Shown here: in pieces, positions 27,972 to 32,000 of the stretch | How positions within the stretch are numbered: position 1 is the first letter of the stretch | Layout: each line of letters begins with the position of its first letter | NCBI RefSeq assembly: GCF_022701215.1 | Contig: NZ_CP089976.1 | Span: forward strand, 1,290,001-1,322,000 | From: Moraxella nasovis | GTDB taxonomy: Bacteria; Pseudomonadota; Gammaproteobacteria; Pseudomonadales; Moraxellaceae | Length of the DNA: 32,000 nt | Direction of reading: 5' to 3' | The notes under the pieces: generated by a model | The model's input: the letters and a program-made list of their open reading frames with translations, nothing else | Databases searched by the model: none | Told to the model about the DNA's origin: nothing | Made by a program: the position numbers and the translations under genes

Positions 27972-30900
27972 ACCCCATTGATATAACTATAGCCCATCAT
28001 TGAACAACCATAGCGTATCCTGTCTTGTAGATTTAGCATATCCACTTTGCCAGATCCAGTTCCTATCAGACTGGGTGGCAATGTAAATATTACTGAGCCA
28101 CCAATATGTTTCTCGTGTATAGGTTGTAGTATTGTTTGTTCTTGAACTAAGCGGTTAATATCCCATTGTCTATAATTGGTTACTTTGCCATCCCATAGCT
28201 TTTTAAAATCATTATATCCATCAGCCATCAATGCTTGCCCAGCCTCTCGTCGCCAGTCAGTCCCGCTGGTACGCCAAGAAAAAGAGGAGCCTGTTAAAAA
28301 TGTGATATTTGAATGCAAGGGAATTGTTCCAAAAATATAACACCCTGAAGCACCTAAGCCAGTTAAACATCTTCTTGATACATCGCTAGCACCAGCAAAC
28401 CATCTAGTTTGCGGAAAATGTTTTGACATAACATCAAAAAAATCAGCTCTGCTTTCTATAGTGTTGATATTATTGAACACATTTTGATTGCTAAATATTT
28501 GTTGTAAAACCACATTTCTGCTTCTTATCATGTCGTTACTTAGATTGTTTTTTATTATTTCATTGTTATAAGTCTCACTTATCAATGACTTTAAAGGAGA
28601 AGAATCCCCATTATAATTTAATGACAATCTAATTAAATTAGCACATGCACTACCATTGGCATTTAATGAGCACTCTTTGATCATAAGATCATCATATTTT
28701 TGGGAATGCTTAATATATTGATTAACAATAGATTGTTCACAACTACTATTGCTCTTGCATTTCTTAAACTTATCAACAAAATCCGACAATAAACTTTCAG
28801 ACAGAGCATTCCACCTCGCCGCCACCCCAGCTTCATTTGCTGCGGTATCCACATCAAAGTCATACAGTAGGGCGAAGCCACCTGCGGCAAGTTTTGCGGT
28901 GTTTAGGATTTTTTGTTTATCTTCATCACTTAGGATAAGGGCTTTTTCACCATCAGGTAGGGTAACTTCATGTTTATTAGTCATCCAATCACCCACCATC
29001 TCGCCTATGATAGCACCGACAGCCGCCGCCTCGCAAGACTGGTCTTTGGCTTTGGCGGAGAGGCAGCCTGTTAAGCCTGCGGCAAGTTTATGAGCGACAT
29101 TAGTGATAAACTCTGTATCATTGAAGTCCAGTGGTTTGACACCATGAGTATAAATACCAGCTGCTGCGGCATCCACCAGTTGATTGGTCAGATGTCTTTT
29201 TAGGGACTCTTCTAGGCTTTCGCCATAGATTAAGCTATCCGTCAGAGCATGACCTGCACCTTGTACAAAGGCACGAGTGAATTTATCACCGATGGTGGCA
29301 GTGGTCGAGGTATCTACTTGCAGAGTCTGAGCTAAGAATTTGTCCAGACTGGCAGTTGCCCCAGCTGTCAGCACGGCTCTTGCCATGTTTTTGGCAGTTT
29401 GTGATTTACCTAGGTCTTTGAGTGTTTTATTGACATCGCCTTTGTTATTGACTAGGGTGGTACCTGCTTGGGTGACTAAGGAGGTGAAGGCAGCATTTGC
29501 CATTGCTGCTGTCGCAGAACCTGCTGTGACAGATACGCCCATCGAGCTTAGCACAGACACACCGCCACCAGCCGTTGCCATCGATAAAGCAATCGCCAGT
29601 AGCGCTGCTCCTGCTGGGGAGAGTCCTTCTTGTTTGTAATCCCATTCTTCCTGGGCAAGTCTGATGGCGGTGAAATCCACATCATCACGCTGGATGATGT
29701 CACTTAGGTAGTCAAAGCCTGGGTTGTGGCTTAGTCGTGTCAGGACATTGACCAGATGATCTTTATCGGCTAGGTCATCTTTGTTGATGGGTACTTGTAC
29801 AGCCAGACCGCCTGTGGCATTGAGAGTGGGGGTAACGCCAATGAATGAGGGTAGCTTGGCATCTTCATTGATATAACCCGACTCTGAAATGGACTGCCAG
29901 ACTAGGTTTTCAAATTGGCGAGATTGACTGACGCTGACGGTTGTGCTGATGGTGTCTAGGATGATCCTAGCATCAGCCACTGCTTTATCACCCACACCCG
30001 CCGTGACGCTCGCCCCTTGTAGATTGGCAAAGCGAGTGCCTTGTAGCTGGGTATTGCCTCCTGACTCACTTTGACTATAGTTAGCAATCAGGCTGGTTGG
30101 CAGCTCGCTGATGATTTGCTTGCTGTCTTTGGTATTGACTTTTCTATATTTGATGCCAGCAAAGCTAGAAGTCGTTTTAGACTCCACTTCTTTGACATCC
30201 ACTTCCTGTACAGCATAAAGACCCAAAGCTTCGCCAGCCTTAAGCTGAATTTGACCTGCTGGTGCATTAAATTCAGTAGCATAGGCATATAGATTATCAT
30301 TCGCCTGCACTGAGATGGCATTGGCGTTTAGCTTGACTGCCTCGCTATCGGCGATTTGCTCTGTGGTAGTTGTGACAGTAATTTTCTTTTTGGCACCACC
30401 CCAGCTTTTTTTCTTGAAAGTGTTGGTTTCTCTATCATAGATACTGTCTTGACCAGCTTGTAGAATGGTACTGCCAGCACTTTGGATGGTAATGCCAGCA
30501 TCGCCTGCTTGATAAGTGCCGCCTATCAGTAAGATGTTACTGTCTGATGCTGGCTGTGCCGAAACAGTGCCTGCTTGGGGATTGCTAATGGCTTGGATGA
30601 CAATACCATCTTTGGCCGTGATGGTGCTTGGCTGATAATTTTTATGCAATGCATAAGCATCATCTTCAAATTCACCACGCTCATAGACATCGTGCAAACC
30701 CTCAATGCTAATAGCAATATCGATGTTTTGGACAGGTGGTATTTGTGACAATAACCGCTTAAACCCCGTCAATTTATCAGTGTCACCACCTAAGGCGGCT
30801 GCATAGGTGCTTTTGAGCTTGGCTTTATGCTCGTCAAGTTTGGTATCGCTATCAAAAGCAGCCTCATCAAAGACAAGCTTGTCAATGATGGCGTTGGCTG

Positions 30901-32000
30901 TTTGTGTATCTGTATTGTCAGTTTTCTTGCCAAGTAGCGGAAGAAATAGGGCGGTGCGACTTGCCTCATCGATCACTTGCCGTGTTTGCCCTTGGGAGCC
31001 AAGGGCTGCCATCTGTACTTTGCCATTATCCGCTTGTAAATTTGCCATTTGCACAGCAATACCACCAGCACTGATTAGGCGAATGTCGCCATCGCTAGTG
31101 GTAAGGCTTGCCCCTGCATTTTCTACACCTGTAAATTCGGTATTGGCAATCTTAAGAGATTTATTAAGCTTGGTAATTTCTTGAGCCAGTTCATCAGGCT
31201 TGAATTTGATATTCAGCTCTTGACGGCGAACCAGTTCGTCTTGTATGCTCTTAGCAAGCTGCTGATTCAGCGCTTCTTTTTGCTCTTCATAGTCAGCGAC
31301 AGGGCTTTGTGCATTTTTATCTTCCAAATCACCCAGTTTGTCAGTTGCCTCTTTGTGACTTGCCAATGCCTGTTGATAGACCATATCACGATTTAGTGTG
31401 TCAATTTGATTTTGAAGTGTTTCGATCTCACCCTCAAGTAATTTAATACGGTCATCATCTTTAATGCCTGATACCGAATTGCTAATAGCACCAATATATA
31501 GATTGCCTTGGGTCGCAGTGGCTTTAATACCACTACCAGCTTGAATTTGACTGCCGCCAATATCAACACCAGCACCCTTAAGATGCACCACACCCTCAGT
31601 GGTGATGGTTACTTTGCTTTCAGTCCCGCGTCCTTTATCACCTGATTGTGATGCTAAAGTTAAACCACCCTGACTTGCAAGCTCTACACCGCCAATGGCA
31701 GTAATGGTTTTGCCTGCCTCGACTGTGATGTCATCATGGCTTTTAATGGCAAGCACACCATTGGCTGCTGCTAATTGTGGATTATGAGCAAGAACATCAC
31801 TTTTATGAGTGGTTAAAGTAGCATTTTGCCAATCTACACCGCCTGCCTGACTGTGTAGAGCAATGCTGCCAGCTTGTAGCGTGCTTGTGCCAAGACGAAC
31901 ATCCTGATTGGCATAGACAGAAGCTAAGCCTTGTGCCTTGATGTCAGCATCTTCGAGTATGACCTGATTTTCACGACTGCTGATGGCAAGGTGTGTATTT
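27962..32000 (-). CDS. cdiA: CdiA contact-dependent inhibition exoprotein (3' part; 5' end off window) carrying CT1
   Basis: I translated the frame by hand and it stays open from 31757 to 32000, so the GTG at 31756 is internal. It has FHA-type Gly-rich beta-helix repeats, then the body shared with orphan 2, then the pre-toxin region 'GAIIGEMVGDWM...DFDVDTAANEAGVA'. A degenerate ARWN sits at 28808-28819 where VENN is expected. A 281-aa CT follows. Confidence 0.9.
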   Translation of the reverse strand, partial: NTHLAISSRENQVILEDADIKAQGLASVYANQDVRLGTSTLQAGSIALHSQAGGVDWQNATLTTHKSDVLAHNPQLAAANGVLAIKSHDDITVEAGKTITAIGGVELASQGGLTLASQSGDKGRGTESKVTITTEGVVHLKGAGVDIGGSQIQAGSGIKATATQGNLYIGAISNSVSGIKDDDRIKLLEGEIETLQNQIDTLNRDMVYQQALASHKEATDKLGDLEDKNAQSPVADYEEQKEALNQQLAKSIQDELVRRQELNIKFKPDELAQEITKLNKSLKIANTEFTGVENAGASLTTSDGDIRLISAGGIAVQMANLQADNGKVQMAALGSQGQTRQVIDEASRTALFLPLLGKKTDNTDTQTANAIIDKLVFDEAAFDSDTKLDEHKAKLKSTYAAALGGDTDKLTGFKRLLSQIPPVQNIDIAISIEGLHDVYERGEFEDDAYALHKNYQPSTITAKDGIVIQAISNPQAGTVSAQPASDSNILLIGGTYQAGDAGITIQSAGSTILQAGQDSIYDRETNTFKKKSWGGAKKKITVTTTTEQIADSEAVKLNANAISVQANDNLYAYATEFNAPAGQIQLKAGEALGLYAVQEVDVKEVESKTTSSFAGIKYRKVNTKDSKQIISELPTSLIANYSQSESGGNTQLQGTRFANLQGASVTAGVGDKAVADARIILDTISTTVSVSQSRQFENLVWQSISESGYINEDAKLPSFIGVTPTLNATGGLAVQVPINKDDLADKDHLVNVLTRLSHNPGFDYLSDIIQRDDVDFTAIRLAQEEWDYKQEGLSPAGAALLAIALSMATAGGGVSVLSSMGVSVTAGSATAAMANAAFTSLVTQAGTTLVNNKGDVNKTLKDLGKSQTAKNMARAVLTAGATASLDKFLAQTLQVDTSTTATIGDKFTRAFVQGAGHALTDSLIYGESLEESLKRHLTNQLVDAAAAGIYTHGVKPLDFNDTEFITNVAHKLAAGLTGCLSAKAKDQSCEAAAVGAIIGEMVGDWMTNKHEVTLPDGEKALILSDEDKQKILNTAKLAAGGFALLYDFDVDTAANEAGVAARWNALSESLLSDFVDKFKKCKSNSSCEQSIVNQYIKHSQKYDDLMIKECSLNANGSACANLIRLSLNYNGDSSPLKSLISETYNNEIIKNNLSNDMIRSRNVVLQQIFSNQNVFNNINTIESRADFFDVMSKHFPQTRWFAGASDVSRRCLTGLGASGCYIFGTIPLHSNITFLTGSSFSWRTSGTDWRREAGQALMADGYNDFKKLWDGKVTNYRQWDINRLVQEQTILQPIHEKHIGGSVIFTLPPSLIGTGSGKVDMLNLQDRIRYGCSMMGYSYINGVCR
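29049..30942. repeat. 1.9-kb direct repeat, copy B (inside the expressed cdiA)
   Basis: Partner of 24943-26836. The upstream edge is sharp (30942/30943). Four antisense ORF pairs in the supplied track are identical at offset 4106. Confidence 0.9.

Noticed and set aside
27962-28807. Lipase or pore-former assignment for CT1
   Set aside because: 'GASGC' and 'GTGSG' do not fit the GxSxG nucleophile elbow. There is no ~40-residue hydrophobic hairpin of the colicin pore-forming type. I leave the family unassigned.
25234-30717. Pairs of identical small ORFs (25234/29340, 25339/29445, 25965/30071, 25982/30088, 26420/30526)
   Set aside because: They are antisense or out-of-frame by-products of the 1.9-kb duplication inside cdiA. 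They are useful only as evidence for the repeat.

Overview
This 32-kb window has two very different halves.

Core region (bases 1 to ~17.0 kb): conserved gammaproteobacterial genes. The proteins look Moraxellaceae-like, but that is my own recognition, not a search result. On the + strand are secE (5' partial)-nusG, rplK-rplA, rplJ-rplL and rpoB-rpoC, with recognisable promoter, leader and attenuator signals, followed by serA and gor. A nagZ-dedA pair lies on the - strand, convergent with gor.

Accessory region (from ~17.2 kb):
- An apparently intact IS21-family element (istA/istB).
- A divergently transcribed ribbon-helix-helix (RHH) gene pair. One member is a 319-aa fusion of an Arc-type RHH, an XRE-type HTH and an unknown domain.
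- The 3' part of a contact-dependent growth inhibition (CDI) locus on the - strand. cdiA runs off the window at 32000.
- The expressed cdiA ends in a cysteine-rich C-terminal toxin (CT1) whose family I do not recognise. An overlapping ~7-TM immunity gene follows it.
- Two orphan cdiA-CT/cdiI modules follow: CT2 (unrecognised small basic domain) with a 106-aa immunity gene, and CT3 (clear barnase-like RNase) with a barstar-like immunity gene.

Most interesting observations:
1. A near-perfect 1.9-kb direct repeat with period 4106 bp puts a second copy of the cdiA 3' body in front of orphan toxin 2. A single crossover would switch the expressed toxin.
2. CT1 with its polytopic membrane immunity protein is a candidate new envelope-acting toxin family.
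3. A ~57-bp hairpin-containing element follows each of the three immunity genes and occurs nowhere else in the window.
4. The VENN motif is degenerate (ARWN) in the expressed cdiA but intact in both orphans.
5. Mosaic breakpoints and a foreign wedge record the locus's recombination history.

I found no rRNA genes, tRNA genes or CRISPR arrays.
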